64,000 bases of DNA, taken from positions 2,139 to 66,138 of the forward strand of contig JAKPGJ010000015.1 of the NCBI GenBank assembly GCA_029550965.1, given 5' to 3'. Below, in pieces: positions 38,776 to 48,761 of the stretch. The stretch is from Bacillota bacterium. Lineage in GTDB: Bacteria; Bacillota; Clostridia; Oscillospirales; CAG-382. The position numbers were made by a program, and so were the translations under genes. A model generated the notes under the pieces. The model ran no database searches, was not told the origin of the DNA, and saw nothing but the letters and a program-made list of their open reading frames with translations. Position 1 is the first letter of the stretch. The number at the start of each line of letters is the position of its first letter.

Positions 38776-39479
38776 TCGCGATCTATAAAAGAGAATTAAA
38801 GTCCTACTTTTTAACACCGATCGGTTATGTGTTCTGCGGCATGTACTTGGCGGTGTCTGGCATTATTTTCTCCTATACCACGCTGCTCGCGCAGTCAACC
38901 TCCAGTCTTCCGACCTATTTTCTGATGATGATCGCCGTTTTCGCGATTCTGATACCGCTTCTCACCATGAAGCTGTTCGCGGAAGACCGAAAAACCCGGA
39001 CCGAGCAGATTCTGCTGACAACCCCCGTTTCGCTGACGGGCATGGTCATGGGCAAGTATTTTGCTGCTGTTACGGTTTTTGGCGCTACGTTTTTAGTCAA
39101 CAGCTTTAACTATATTCTTTTGTTCCAGTACGGCGAACCGAACGCGGGATTGATTCTGATTAATATTTTAGGCCTGTTTTTGATCGGCTGCGCGTTCATC
39201 GCAATCGGCGTGTTCCTTTCTTCTTTGACCGAGAACCAGCTGATCGCCGCCGTTTCGTCCATATGCGTGATCGTCGTGTTCCTCGCGCTGTTCTTCGTCG
39301 TGGACAAAATCGGCGTCGAATGGGTGCGCGTGTTCTTAAAATGGTTCTCGATTCTTGACAGATACAGACCGTTTACCATCGAGCTGCTCGATATCACCGC
39401 AGTCGTCTATTTTATAAGCTTAACCGCGGTATTCCTTTTCCTTACCGTAAGGGTTTATGAGAAACGGCGCTGGTCGTAA
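38772..39479 (+). CDS. ABC-2 type transporter permease (GldF-like)
   Basis: Overlaps the upstream stop by 4 nt. Six predicted TM segments. Confidence 0.8.
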   Translation: MIAIYKRELKSYFLTPIGYVFCGMYLAVSGIIFSYTTLLAQSTSSLPTYFLMMIAVFAILIPLLTMKLFAEDRKTRTEQILLTTPVSLTGMVMGKYFAAVTVFGATFLVNSFNYILLFQYGEPNAGLILINILGLFLIGCAFIAIGVFLSSLTENQLIAAVSSICVIVVFLALFFVVDKIGVEWVRVFLKWFSILDRYRPFTIELLDITAVVYFISLTAVFLFLTVRVYEKRRWS

Positions 39480-39491
39480 GGAGGTGCCGAA

Positions 39492-41024
39492 ATGAGCATG
39501 AACAACAACGAAACTTCAACCATCCGAAAACTCAAATACGGTTCGCTTTCGGTCGTTTTTACGGCCGCGTTCATCGCATTGATATTGGCGCTCAACCTGA
39601 TTCTGTCGTCCATTGCGCCGAAAGTCAATCTCGCTGTTGATTTGTCCGAAAAAGAACTGTATTCGCTCAGCGACAGCACAATACAGATTCTGGACGAACT
39701 GAAAGAACAGTCAAACTTTCAGATCACCATTACCTTCCTCGCGGAAAGGGATATGTACGATAACGACCCTTACGCGATGATGGTGCGCAACCTCGGCGAA
39801 GAGTTTGCCCGCCATTATCCCGATAATATTTCCGTGCAGTATAAAAATATTCAAAAAGACCCGGCATTCGCGCAGCAGATTATCGCCGAAACGCAGACAA
39901 CCGGACTGAACAGCAGCTATGTGGTCGTGAAGGGCGCTTATCATTACAGAGTGCTCAGTTTGGAAGCGTTTTTTATCAAAAGCTCGGAAACCGGCAATCT
40001 GTACGCGTTTGACGGCGAAAAGCGCTTTACCGCCGCCATCCAGCAGTGCTCGCTCGAAAAACCGCTGGTCGTCGCCTTTACAAAAGGGCACGGCGAGCCG
40101 GATATTTCCGACATCATCGCGGGAAAAGTCGAATCGCAATCCGCTTCCAACATGAAACGGCTGTGCGATATTCTGATGACGGCCGGCTACGAGATTCAGC
40201 AGGTCGATCTTTCCAAAGAAGACCTTGACGAGCGGACCGAGATTCTGATTATCAACAATCCGAAAACCGATTTTATCGGCATCGAGAATCCGAACGCCGA
40301 AAACGAAATCGATAAAATTATCGAGTTTATGACCGGGTACAAGGACATTATCGTGCTGGTCAACGCAGATACGCCGGAACTGCCCAACCTGCAGGAGTAT
40401 CTGTCCGAAAGATGGGGCATTAACTACAAACCGTATCACAAGCTTACCGATATGTCCCATTCGATTAAGAGCGACGGTTTGTCGATCGTCGGACAGTACG
40501 CCGGCAACGCGAACGAAACCGCTTCCTACAACATCACCAGCGTTTTGGCCGGCTCCGACATTAAAACCGTTTTCAGAAACGCGGTCGAGCTGGAAACCGT
40601 CAACGCAAACAAAGCCGATTATGTCCTGGAAACCGTTATCAAAACCTATTCTACCGCGCAATCGGTTTACAAGGACGAACCGCCCAGATCCGGCGAGTTT
40701 CCGCTGATGCTTTTATCGACCTACGCGACGTATGTGGACAACGCAAAAAAGTATAAGTATGTGCTGCTTTCCTCTTCCACCGATTTTGCCGTGGACGAGT
40801 TTATGACGTCCGCATTCGGAAACAACAAAATCGTCCTCGGCGCGATGCGCGTCATGAGCACCGAGCGGGTGGTTCCCGATATTGATGAAAAACCCTTTAC
40901 CGAAACCGCCATGAAGATAGAAGCGGGGACCGCAAACACCCTCGCATGGCTGGTTACCACGGTGTTCCCGATTATCATCATTTGCGCGGGCGTTGTCGTG
41001 TTTATTAAGAGGAGACACTTGTAA
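39492..41024 (+). CDS. GldG-like ABC-transport auxiliary protein (N- and C-terminal TM anchors)
   Basis: Size, terminal TM helices and position after GldA/GldF-like genes. The family assignment rests on synteny and general resemblance only. Confidence 0.65.
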   Translation: MSMNNNETSTIRKLKYGSLSVVFTAAFIALILALNLILSSIAPKVNLAVDLSEKELYSLSDSTIQILDELKEQSNFQITITFLAERDMYDNDPYAMMVRNLGEEFARHYPDNISVQYKNIQKDPAFAQQIIAETQTTGLNSSYVVVKGAYHYRVLSLEAFFIKSSETGNLYAFDGEKRFTAAIQQCSLEKPLVVAFTKGHGEPDISDIIAGKVESQSASNMKRLCDILMTAGYEIQQVDLSKEDLDERTEILIINNPKTDFIGIENPNAENEIDKIIEFMTGYKDIIVLVNADTPELPNLQEYLSERWGINYKPYHKLTDMSHSIKSDGLSIVGQYAGNANETASYNITSVLAGSDIKTVFRNAVELETVNANKADYVLETVIKTYSTAQSVYKDEPPRSGEFPLMLLSTYATYVDNAKKYKYVLLSSSTDFAVDEFMTSAFGNNKIVLGAMRVMSTERVVPDIDEKPFTETAMKIEAGTANTLAWLVTTVFPIIIICAGVVVFIKRRHL

Positions 41025-43381
41025 TGAAAAAGCAGATCATTATTGTCGTCAGCGTTTTGGCTGCAGCGCTTCTTTTGTTCGGACTGTATGAGTTTGTTTT
41101 TAAAACGGATTCACTCGATGACATCAGCGGCGACAGCTTCTACACGCTGACCGAGCCCGTCGCCGCCGAAATCCAGAATATCGAGGACAATATTACCATC
41201 CTGTTCTCGGGCGTTTCGGAAGAAACCGTCAAGAGCGACGAGTATCTGAACCGCACCTACAAATACGCGCTTGTGTTTAAAAAGACCAATAAAAAGATCA
41301 AGGTAAAATTCGACGAGGACGGCAGCTTTCAGGGCGTCGTCGTGAAAAAAGGCGACGCAGAAAAGCAGATTCCCTTCGACGACTTTTATAAAACACTAAG
41401 CAACGGCACAAAATACGCGTTCGACGGCGAGCGGCTTATCGCCAACGCTATCTTTTCGCTCTGCGGCAAAGAGGAAATGAAGGTAGAGCTGCGCGCTTTG
41501 GACGGATATGATACCGACGGCGATACGGTCGTTCCCACCGACAAGCGGCCCTTCCTCTATCCGAATATAGACCGTTCGCAGGTGCAGTCCATAACGGTTC
41601 GGAACCAGTACGGCACGTTCAAGACTTACAGGGGTTCCGACAATAAATTCTATTTCGAGGGCGCCGAGCAGGTAAGCTATAATTCCGAAAAGTTCTCAAA
41701 CCTCATCGTCAACTCGACGTATGTGCTTGCAAGCGGAAAAGTAAAAGACCCGCTTGACTTGTCCGTGTACGGCCTGGACGACGAGGAAAAGGCCACGGCG
41801 GTCATCACCGTTCTGACCACCAACAACATCACGCACAAAATCATCATCGGCAACAAAACGCCGTCCGGCGACAGCTATTACGCAAAGTATTATACTAAGG
41901 ACTTTGTCTATATCATCAAAGCGTCTGATTTGAACATGCTGCTGGGTCCGGTAACCGATCTGCTGACCCAGACAATGGTTTACAGCATTTCAAGCCAGAA
42001 CGATCTGTTCGCCATCAACAACATCAGCATTGACTATTTAAGCTCGAACCAGTCCTTAAAGTTCCTGAATTACGCAAAGATTAAACCTTCACCGAACCTG
42101 ACGGTTTACAAGAACGCCGAAATTACCGCGATATTGACCAACAAAATAAAGTTCTCCGGAAACTACACGAACTGGACGGAGATCGCGTCGCTCGCCGGCT
42201 TTACGTCTCTGGACGGCAAGACCGTTTATCTCGAAGCGCCGCTCTCGGTTTACGGCAGCAGGGGCGACTATACGGTCTCCTTCGGCCTGTTGCGCGACGA
42301 CGCTGCCGGCGCGGTTCTGCCGAAGAGCTTTAAAGCGGCGTTCTCGACGGACGAAGTCAATTTTACGGATATTGATACGTCCGGCGTATCCTTCAACCAG
42401 GCAAACATGGAGCTGAAGAATTACTCCTTTACTTTCCACAGCGATACGCCCGTCAGAGCCGTGCGTCTGTATTTCGACGTCGCCGCGTCCAGGTATATCG
42501 TGCTCGACGAGGTGACGGTCAAGGTTGACGGAGAAGACGCGATGCCGGACGACGGCGTTGTCGGCGGCTGGAGGATTGTTTCGCCGTCGGAGTATATTCC
42601 GTCCGGCAGGAACTTTATTTACCCGACGATGGACTTCTCGTCAGAAGTGCTGCTCAAAATCGCTACGCTGACTTCGGATACGATCGTGGATTACGGAATC
42701 ACCACTTCGGGCAATCCCGACACGCTCAAAACCGAAAAGCTGGCGAAATACGGTCTTGATAAGCCGGATAAGCATATCTCCTATGAGCTGTACGGCGTAA
42801 AAAGCGATCTTTACTTCAGCAAAATGGACGAGAACGGATATTATTACTGCTATTCCGTCATTTCCGGGCAGTATAACGGCAAACAGGTCAACATCTGCAC
42901 GGACGTCATCGCGGCGATTTCCGCGGTCGACGCGCCCTGGCTCAACTGGGACATTCTGGATTATCTGGACCACTCGCTGGTTTCGATGTATATCGATTCG
43001 ATCGATACGCTTACCATTTCCTTTAAGAACAAAGACTATGTGTTCAATCTCATCAAGGGCGACGACGGAAAGCTCGCCAAAGTCACCTACGAGGGCAAAG
43101 AAATTGATCTGCCGAACTTCAGGCGTCTGTACGTTTCGATTCTGAGCATCTACATCCACGGCGAATACGGCGATGTCGAGAACACGCCCACCGAGGAAAT
43201 GATCATCGACATAAAGGGTTCTTCCAAGAATCAGGAAATCCGGTTCTACCGGGTAACGACCAGCAAAGCCTATTACACCGTCAACGGCGAGGGCAAGTAC
43301 TACGTGCTGGTTGAGAACATCAACCGCATTCAGAAGAACGTCCAGCTTCTGATTGAAGGCAAAGAGGTTTCCAACAAGTGA
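41024..43381 (+). CDS. Large N-terminally anchored extracellular protein (DUF4340-like position in the GldAFG-type cluster)
   Basis: Start overlaps the upstream stop. One N-terminal TM. 785 aa. The family assignment is tentative and based on synteny. Confidence 0.55.
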   Translation: MKKQIIIVVSVLAAALLLFGLYEFVFKTDSLDDISGDSFYTLTEPVAAEIQNIEDNITILFSGVSEETVKSDEYLNRTYKYALVFKKTNKKIKVKFDEDGSFQGVVVKKGDAEKQIPFDDFYKTLSNGTKYAFDGERLIANAIFSLCGKEEMKVELRALDGYDTDGDTVVPTDKRPFLYPNIDRSQVQSITVRNQYGTFKTYRGSDNKFYFEGAEQVSYNSEKFSNLIVNSTYVLASGKVKDPLDLSVYGLDDEEKATAVITVLTTNNITHKIIIGNKTPSGDSYYAKYYTKDFVYIIKASDLNMLLGPVTDLLTQTMVYSISSQNDLFAINNISIDYLSSNQSLKFLNYAKIKPSPNLTVYKNAEITAILTNKIKFSGNYTNWTEIASLAGFTSLDGKTVYLEAPLSVYGSRGDYTVSFGLLRDDAAGAVLPKSFKAAFSTDEVNFTDIDTSGVSFNQANMELKNYSFTFHSDTPVRAVRLYFDVAASRYIVLDEVTVKVDGEDAMPDDGVVGGWRIVSPSEYIPSGRNFIYPTMDFSSEVLLKIATLTSDTIVDYGITTSGNPDTLKTEKLAKYGLDKPDKHISYELYGVKSDLYFSKMDENGYYYCYSVISGQYNGKQVNICTDVIAAISAVDAPWLNWDILDYLDHSLVSMYIDSIDTLTISFKNKDYVFNLIKGDDGKLAKVTYEGKEIDLPNFRRLYVSILSIYIHGEYGDVENTPTEEMIIDIKGSSKNQEIRFYRVTTSKAYYTVNGEGKYYVLVENINRIQKNVQLLIEGKEVSNK

Positions 43382-44166
43382 GAAGGTTAACGCGCATTCT
43401 TCTTGCGCTGGCGCTGGCGTGCGGGCTGCTTTCGGGCTGCGGCGGAAACGCTTCGTTCGGCGAAGTCAGCGCCGGCGTTGAAAATACAAACGCAAACAAG
43501 CGGTATTCCGCAAGTTTTATTACCGAAATAACCTTTGACAACGAAACGGCGACCCTGCTTTACCAGCAGGGAAGCTATTCGATTGACCGGGACGCGCAAA
43601 AGCTGTACGCAGAATATGTCCGTACCTATTTAGGGTCTTCGGACAAGGTTGCCGAGATGGTTCAGGACGGCTATCTCTATATCAGCGACAGCAACGGCAA
43701 ATTCAAAGTGAACAGACCGGACTATCTCGGCTACCTGCAGTACGCGGAAGCGCTCAATTTCGACGAGAAGGATGTTTCCGGCTTAAAAAAGAGCAAAAAT
43801 TCCTCCGGCACGCTCTACGCCTTCAAGGTCAAAAGCGGTTATGACGAACAGCTCAAAAAGCTCCTTGGCGACGATATCTATTCGCTCGCGAAAATCATCA
43901 AACCGCAGAAGAACAAAACCCGTTTTGGCGAAATCGAATGCGAGTACACGTTTACGCAGGACGAAAACGGACAAACCGTTCTTGTGTCCCGCCAGATCGT
44001 GTTTACGGTCGCCCTGTACGACACGCCCGCCTATACGCCGGGCTATACGCCGCCGGAGACGGATTACATGCTGGATTTGAAAGTCCGGATAAAGGTAACC
44101 TATAAAGCGTTTGATAACGTTGAAATCTCCGAGCCTGTGACAACCGATTACAGCGAAATCAGCTAA
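43378..44166 (+). CDS. Hypothetical lipoprotein
   Basis: Overlaps the upstream stop. Signal peptide with lipobox LLSGCGG. Confidence 0.7.
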   Translation: MRRLTRILLALALACGLLSGCGGNASFGEVSAGVENTNANKRYSASFITEITFDNETATLLYQQGSYSIDRDAQKLYAEYVRTYLGSSDKVAEMVQDGYLYISDSNGKFKVNRPDYLGYLQYAEALNFDEKDVSGLKKSKNSSGTLYAFKVKSGYDEQLKKLLGDDIYSLAKIIKPQKNKTRFGEIECEYTFTQDENGQTVLVSRQIVFTVALYDTPAYTPGYTPPETDYMLDLKVRIKVTYKAFDNVEISEPVTTDYSEIS

Positions 44167-44254
44167 AACACTTGACAAATCAAAATGAGCGCGTATAATA
44201 ATAGCAATAGCGCAAGCTATTCTTTACAATCGGCGTTTTGAAGCGACGCCGTAC

Positions 44255-44340
44255 ATAACAACGGGGTGCTGAGAAATCGGCTGAGATTATACCCATGGAA
44301 CCTGATGCGGGTAATGCCGCCGTAGGAAACATAGTTACAG
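44255..44340 (+). promoter_or_regulatory. TPP (THI-box) riboswitch aptamer
   Basis: GGGGUGCUGAGA...CUGAGA..ACCC...AACCUGAUGCGGGUAAUGCCGCCGUAGGAAAC read directly, upstream of the thiT-like gene. Confidence 0.9.
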
Positions 44341-44362
44341 TTAGTCTATTCGTCTGTCTATG

Positions 44363-44394
44363 GCTGTACCGTTTCCGGTGCAGCTTATTTTTTT
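44363..44394 (+). terminator. Riboswitch expression-platform terminator
   Basis: gctgtaccg-tttc-cggtgcagc followed by ttattttttt. Confidence 0.85.
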
Positions 44395-44412
44395 CAAGAA
44401 AGGAAGTGTATT

Positions 44413-45000
44413 ATGGAAAGAAAAAATATACGAATTTTAGTCGAATGCGCAATTATGGTTTCCCTGGCGACAGTTTTGTCTATGATAAAAGTTTACGAAG
44501 CTCCGCTCGGCGGTTCCGTCACCCTGTTATCCATGCTGCCTATCATTGTGATTTCGTTCCGATGGGGTGTTCCGGCAGGTGTCGGTTCCGCTTTTGTTTA
44601 TTCTGTAATCCAGCTGCTGTTCGGTCTGAACACCTTCGCGTACGTTGTTACGCCTGCGGGCATTATCGGCGCAATTCTTCTGGATTATATCGTTCCCTTT
44701 ACCGTTCTGGGTCTTGCCGGCATATTTTATAAAAGCGGTGTGGACAGAAAAAAAGCGCTGATATCCATTTTCGCCGGAACTTTTCTGGTTTTATTGCTCC
44801 GGTTTATCAGCCACGTAATCATCGGCGGCGTCGTCTGGTACGAGATTACCAAGCAAAACAATTGGAACGATTACGTGCATCAGTACAGCAAGTGGATCTA
44901 TTCGCTGCTTTACAACATTACCTACATGGGTCCGGAAGCCGCGCTGACCCTCTTGGCATCCCCGATTATTCTCAAGCTCAAAGACCTCTTTAAGCATTAA
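44413..45000 (+). CDS. thiT: Thiamine ECF transporter S-component (ThiT-like)
   Basis: Six-TM small membrane protein under a TPP riboswitch. The N-terminus resembles ThiT (RILVECAIMVSLATVLSMIK...GGSVTL). Confidence 0.8.
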   Translation: MERKNIRILVECAIMVSLATVLSMIKVYEAPLGGSVTLLSMLPIIVISFRWGVPAGVGSAFVYSVIQLLFGLNTFAYVVTPAGIIGAILLDYIVPFTVLGLAGIFYKSGVDRKKALISIFAGTFLVLLLRFISHVIIGGVVWYEITKQNNWNDYVHQYSKWIYSLLYNITYMGPEAALTLLASPIILKLKDLFKH

Positions 45001-45032
45001 AGGCATTTACCCGCAAGTGTTCCAAAAAAACA

Positions 45033-45068
45033 AAAATACCGTGTTTTTCCACACGGTATTTTTGTTTT
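45033..45068 (+). terminator. Intrinsic terminator after thiT
   Basis: aataccgtg-tttttcca-cacggtatt followed by a T-run. Confidence 0.85.
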
Positions 45069-45096
45069 CATTCATCTCAGAATAAACTTTCATACA

Positions 45097-45125
45097 TTGA
45101 CTATAAAATATAGATATGATAAAAT
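45097..45125 (+). promoter_or_regulatory. Sigma-A promoter for gpsA
   Basis: TTGACT, 17 nt, TAAAAT. This overlaps the ATGs used by the long ORF-track model. Confidence 0.6.
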
Positions 45126-45162
45126 GAAGATACGACATATTGGCAAGAAAGGGAAAAACCGT

Positions 45163-46122
45163 TTGAAAATCAGTGTCATAGGATGCGGAAGATGGGGCGT
45201 GTTTCTGGCGTGGTATCTCAACCGCTGCCGAAACAGCGTCTATTTATACGGCAGGGCAGGTTCCGACAAGCTATTAAAGCTCCAAAACGAGCGCACCAAC
45301 GGAACCATCACGCTGGATCAGGAAATCGCGGTCGGTTCCGACCTGAAAAGAGCGCTGGAGAGCGAAGTGATTGTCATCGCCATCGCTTCGCAGGGGCTGC
45401 GTTCGCTGATGCAGGAACTGAAAAAGATCGGTTTTTCACACAAAACTTTTGTTTTGTGTATGAAAGGACTTGAAGTCGGCAGCAACAAGCGCTTGAGCGA
45501 GGTTGTGCGCGAATATATCGACAACGACAGCGCCGTCGCCGTCTGGCTGGGTCCGGGACACCCTGAGGATTTCGTAAAAGGCATTCCCAACTGCATGGTC
45601 ATCGACAGCGATAACCAGCAGGTCAAGGAATTCCTGGTCGATTCCTTTTCCAGCGACCTGATTCGGTTCTATTACGGCAACGACCTGATCGGAAACGAAA
45701 TCGGGGCCGCGGCGAAAAACGTCATCGGCATCGCCGCCGGAATGCTGGACGGAATGCGGCTTTCTTCGCTCAAAGGTGGGCTGATGTCGCGCGGCACGCG
45801 GGAAATCGCGCGGTTGATCAAAGCGCTGGGCGGAAGCGAGCTGTCTGCGTACGGGCTTTGTCACCTCGGCGACTATGAAGCGACGCTGTTCTCGCCGCAC
45901 AGCCACAACCGCCGGTACGGCGAAGCGTTCGTAAAAGGCGAGCGTTTCGACGCGCTTGCGGAAGGGTGCTACGCGGTAAAGGCGCTGGTTCGGCTCGCAG
46001 AACAAAACAACGTAGAGCTGCCGATCTGCACTGCGGTCAACGCGGTGCTGTACGAAGGAAAAAGCGCTTCCGAAATGATGCAGGCGCTGTTCCAGCGAAG
46101 CCTGAAAAAAGAGTTTTTATAA
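45163..46122 (+). CDS. gpsA: NAD(P)H-dependent glycerol-3-phosphate dehydrogenase
   Basis: TTG at 45163 lies 8 nt after AAAGGGA and gives the LKISVIGCGRWG Rossmann start. The track start at 45097 lies inside the promoter. GpsA-like body (GNEIGAAAKNVIGIAAGM). Confidence 0.85.
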   Translation: MKISVIGCGRWGVFLAWYLNRCRNSVYLYGRAGSDKLLKLQNERTNGTITLDQEIAVGSDLKRALESEVIVIAIASQGLRSLMQELKKIGFSHKTFVLCMKGLEVGSNKRLSEVVREYIDNDSAVAVWLGPGHPEDFVKGIPNCMVIDSDNQQVKEFLVDSFSSDLIRFYYGNDLIGNEIGAAAKNVIGIAAGMLDGMRLSSLKGGLMSRGTREIARLIKALGGSELSAYGLCHLGDYEATLFSPHSHNRRYGEAFVKGERFDALAEGCYAVKALVRLAEQNNVELPICTAVNAVLYEGKSASEMMQALFQRSLKKEFL

Positions 46123-46141
46123 ATGATTAGGAGGGTTCTGA

Positions 46142-46825
46142 ATGTTATATTATGATTTAAACTATCTGCTTTATATTGCGCCCGCGATACTGCTCGGCCT
46201 TATCGCGCAGATTTGGGTGAAATCAGCTTTCAATAAATACAGCAAAGTGAGAGCCAGAAGCGGACTGACCGGCAGAGACGCCGCAAGGGCTATTCTTGAC
46301 CGGAACGGCCTATATAACGTAGACGTCCGCCCGATTCCGGGAGAACTGACCGACCACTTTGACCCAAGAACCAACGTAATCAGCCTGTCCACGCCGGTTT
46401 TCGGTTCGAATTCCATCGCGGCGATCGGCGTTGCCGCTCATGAAGCGGGGCACGCCGTTCAGCACCAAACCGGTTATTGGTTCATCAAGGTGAGAACCGC
46501 GATTATACCGGTCTGCAACATCGGCGCGTCGATTTCTCCGCTGCTGATTATACTGGGCTTTGCGTTAAGCTGGATCGAATTATACTGGCTGGGCATTATC
46601 CTTTTCGGAACCGTCGCCGTTTTTCAGCTGGTGACGCTCCCGGTCGAATTTAACGCTTCCAGACGCGCGATCGCGATTCTTGAAGCGAACGGAACGCTGA
46701 CCTACGACGAACTGAAAGGCGCGCGGGCCGTGCTTTCGGCGGCCGCCTTAACCTACGTCGCGGCGCTGGTCACCTCGCTTTTACAGCTGTTCTATTTCCT
46801 TTCCTTGTCCAACAGGAGAAGATAA
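46142..46825 (+). CDS. Membrane zinc metallopeptidase (putative neutral zinc metallopeptidase family)
   Basis: HEAGHAVQH motif, an N-terminal TM helix and C-terminal TM helices. Confidence 0.8.
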   Translation: MLYYDLNYLLYIAPAILLGLIAQIWVKSAFNKYSKVRARSGLTGRDAARAILDRNGLYNVDVRPIPGELTDHFDPRTNVISLSTPVFGSNSIAAIGVAAHEAGHAVQHQTGYWFIKVRTAIIPVCNIGASISPLLIILGFALSWIELYWLGIILFGTVAVFQLVTLPVEFNASRRAIAILEANGTLTYDELKGARAVLSAAALTYVAALVTSLLQLFYFLSLSNRRR

Positions 46826-47559
46826 TGGATTCTTCCTTTGAAGCGGCGCTTGAGTACTGTCTGTCTGCGGACAGCAGCCGCGCCGGCATTGGAACGTACA
46901 AAGAGAAAACGCTTCACGCCGTGCTGAAGCGCTACATAGAGCCGAACGACGCGTTTCAGGAGGTCGCTGTCGGCTCTTTTGTTGCGGACATCTGCAACGA
47001 AAACGGCATAACCGAAATCCAGACAAGGGATTTTAACAACCTGCGCAAAAAACTGGATTTTTTCCTCAAGGAACATATCGTTACCATTGTTTTCCCGATC
47101 CCCGCGACCAAGTGGCTTCTGTGGGTGGACCCGGAAACCGGCGAAACCACCAAACAGCGCAAAAGCCCCAAAACCGGGAATCCCTGTCAGGCTTTCCACG
47201 AGCTGTATAAAATCAAGCCGTACCTGACGCACCCCAACCTGCGGCTGCGGCTGATGCTTTTGGACATGCGGGAATACCGGTATCTCAACGGCTGGAGCCG
47301 GGATAAGAAAAAGGGTTCTACCCGCTGCGAGCGGATTCCAGTCGCTTTGAAAGACGAACTGCAGATCGACAGCCCGGCGGAATATCGAAAACTGATTCCC
47401 GACACCCTGCAAGGCGGATTTACTTCCGCCGATTTCGCCAAAGCGGCAGGGCTGAGCCGGCATGCCGCTTCAACGGCTTTGAATGTGCTAAACTTTGTCG
47501 GCGCCGTCGAGAGAGCGGGGAAAAAAGGCAAAAGCTATCTATACCATATCTTAACGTAA
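46825..47559 (+). CDS. Hypothetical protein, possible PD-(D/E)XK-like nuclease fold with C-terminal wHTH-like region
   Basis: Start overlaps the upstream stop. The pattern VADI...ITEIQTR resembles D...E-x-Q/K nuclease cores such as CoiA-type proteins. The C-terminus (FAKAAGLSRHAASTALNVLNFVGAVER) looks HTH-like. This is weak, by-eye evidence. Confidence 0.4.
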   Translation: MDSSFEAALEYCLSADSSRAGIGTYKEKTLHAVLKRYIEPNDAFQEVAVGSFVADICNENGITEIQTRDFNNLRKKLDFFLKEHIVTIVFPIPATKWLLWVDPETGETTKQRKSPKTGNPCQAFHELYKIKPYLTHPNLRLRLMLLDMREYRYLNGWSRDKKKGSTRCERIPVALKDELQIDSPAEYRKLIPDTLQGGFTSADFAKAAGLSRHAASTALNVLNFVGAVERAGKKGKSYLYHILT

Positions 47560-47605
47560 AAAAAGACTGCCTATGCAATCGCATAAGCAGTCTTTTGCAT
47601 TTTAT
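47558..47605. terminator. Bidirectional intrinsic terminator
   Basis: aagactgc...gcagtctt stem with an inner tatgc/gcata extension and flanking A and T runs, between convergent genes. Confidence 0.8.
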
Positions 47606-47608
47606 GGC

Positions 47609-48673
47609 TTAGCAAATCTGCGGGTTCTGTCTGTGCGCTTCCTCGATAACGGCAAGCTGCTGGCGGACCTGATACAGTTTTACCTCGTGCTCTTTGCCCT
47701 CGGTAAGCAAATCGTAAACCTGGTCGTAATACGTCTTGACCGCCGCGATAAAGGGCGCCTGCGGGTCGCCGTCCCAGCTCTCCTCGTACCATTTGAGCTG
47801 TTCGGTGCAGTATGCGGGCAGTTTTTCCTCGCCCTGGCAAAGCGGCTCTTTCATCAGCTGCTGCTTGGGCGCTTCTTCTTCCTTGAAGTACTTCCAGTCG
47901 ATGTGACCCATGGTTCCCTTGAGCGTGCCTCTTGTGCCCTCTACTTTGTACGTATAGCTCGGGTAAGCGTCGCAGGAAGAAATATCTAAGTCGATGAGCG
48001 GACGATTGGGCGCTGTCAGAATGAGCTTGACATAGTCCTCGGCATTGCCGAAGGTGTTCGCTCTGTCCATTTTGCAGAAGACATTGGGCATGCCGTCATA
48101 GTAATCCAAAAGGTTGAGCGCCTGGTCCAGCGGGTGCGGTCCGGTATTGGCGAGGTTGCCGCCGTTGAACTCAAGGCAGCACTGCCAGTCCCAGCGTCTT
48201 GCGAATCCGTTGAACTGGATGCCGATATGTACGATTCTGCCCAATACGCCGGAATGGATGACCTCTTTGACCTTTAAGAAGTAGCTTGCGAAGCGGGACT
48301 GCTGGAAAACAAGCAGTACGCGGTTGTTTTTCTTCGCAGTTTCGACAAGGTCGTCAAACTCCTTCACGGTGGGCACGCAGGGCTTCTCGCACAGAACGTT
48401 GAAGCCGTGCTCGAGCAAATCTTTGGTGATGCTGTAATGCAGATGGCTGGGGGTCGCGTTGATGACCAGGTCAACGTCGGTTCTTCCGAATAGCTGTTTG
48501 TAATCGGAGTAGGTTTCGCAGCCGAACTCCTTTGCGGCTCTTTCGCGGCGGATTTCCATCGGCTCGACGACGCCGACCACCTTAAAGCGTTCGGTGTCCT
48601 TTTTCAGATGAAGCCCGTGGATATCTCTGCCGCTTCTGCCCTGACCCAATATTACCACTCTGAGCTGTTTCAT
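47609..48673 (-). CDS. Gfo/Idh/MocA family oxidoreductase
   Basis: LRVVILGQGRSGRDIH Rossmann motif and VLCEKPC motif. Confidence 0.85.
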   Translation of the reverse strand: MKQLRVVILGQGRSGRDIHGLHLKKDTERFKVVGVVEPMEIRRERAAKEFGCETYSDYKQLFGRTDVDLVINATPSHLHYSITKDLLEHGFNVLCEKPCVPTVKEFDDLVETAKKNNRVLLVFQQSRFASYFLKVKEVIHSGVLGRIVHIGIQFNGFARRWDWQCCLEFNGGNLANTGPHPLDQALNLLDYYDGMPNVFCKMDRANTFGNAEDYVKLILTAPNRPLIDLDISSCDAYPSYTYKVEGTRGTLKGTMGHIDWKYFKEEEAPKQQLMKEPLCQGEEKLPAYCTEQLKWYEESWDGDPQAPFIAAVKTYYDQVYDLLTEGKEHEVKLYQVRQQLAVIEEAHRQNPQIC

Positions 48674-48761
48674 GGTTAACGTCCTTTCGTGTATTACAAT
48701 ATTTAATCTTTTATTCTGTCGTCACGCCCATTATACCCATCGGTTTTCAAAATGTAAAGGG

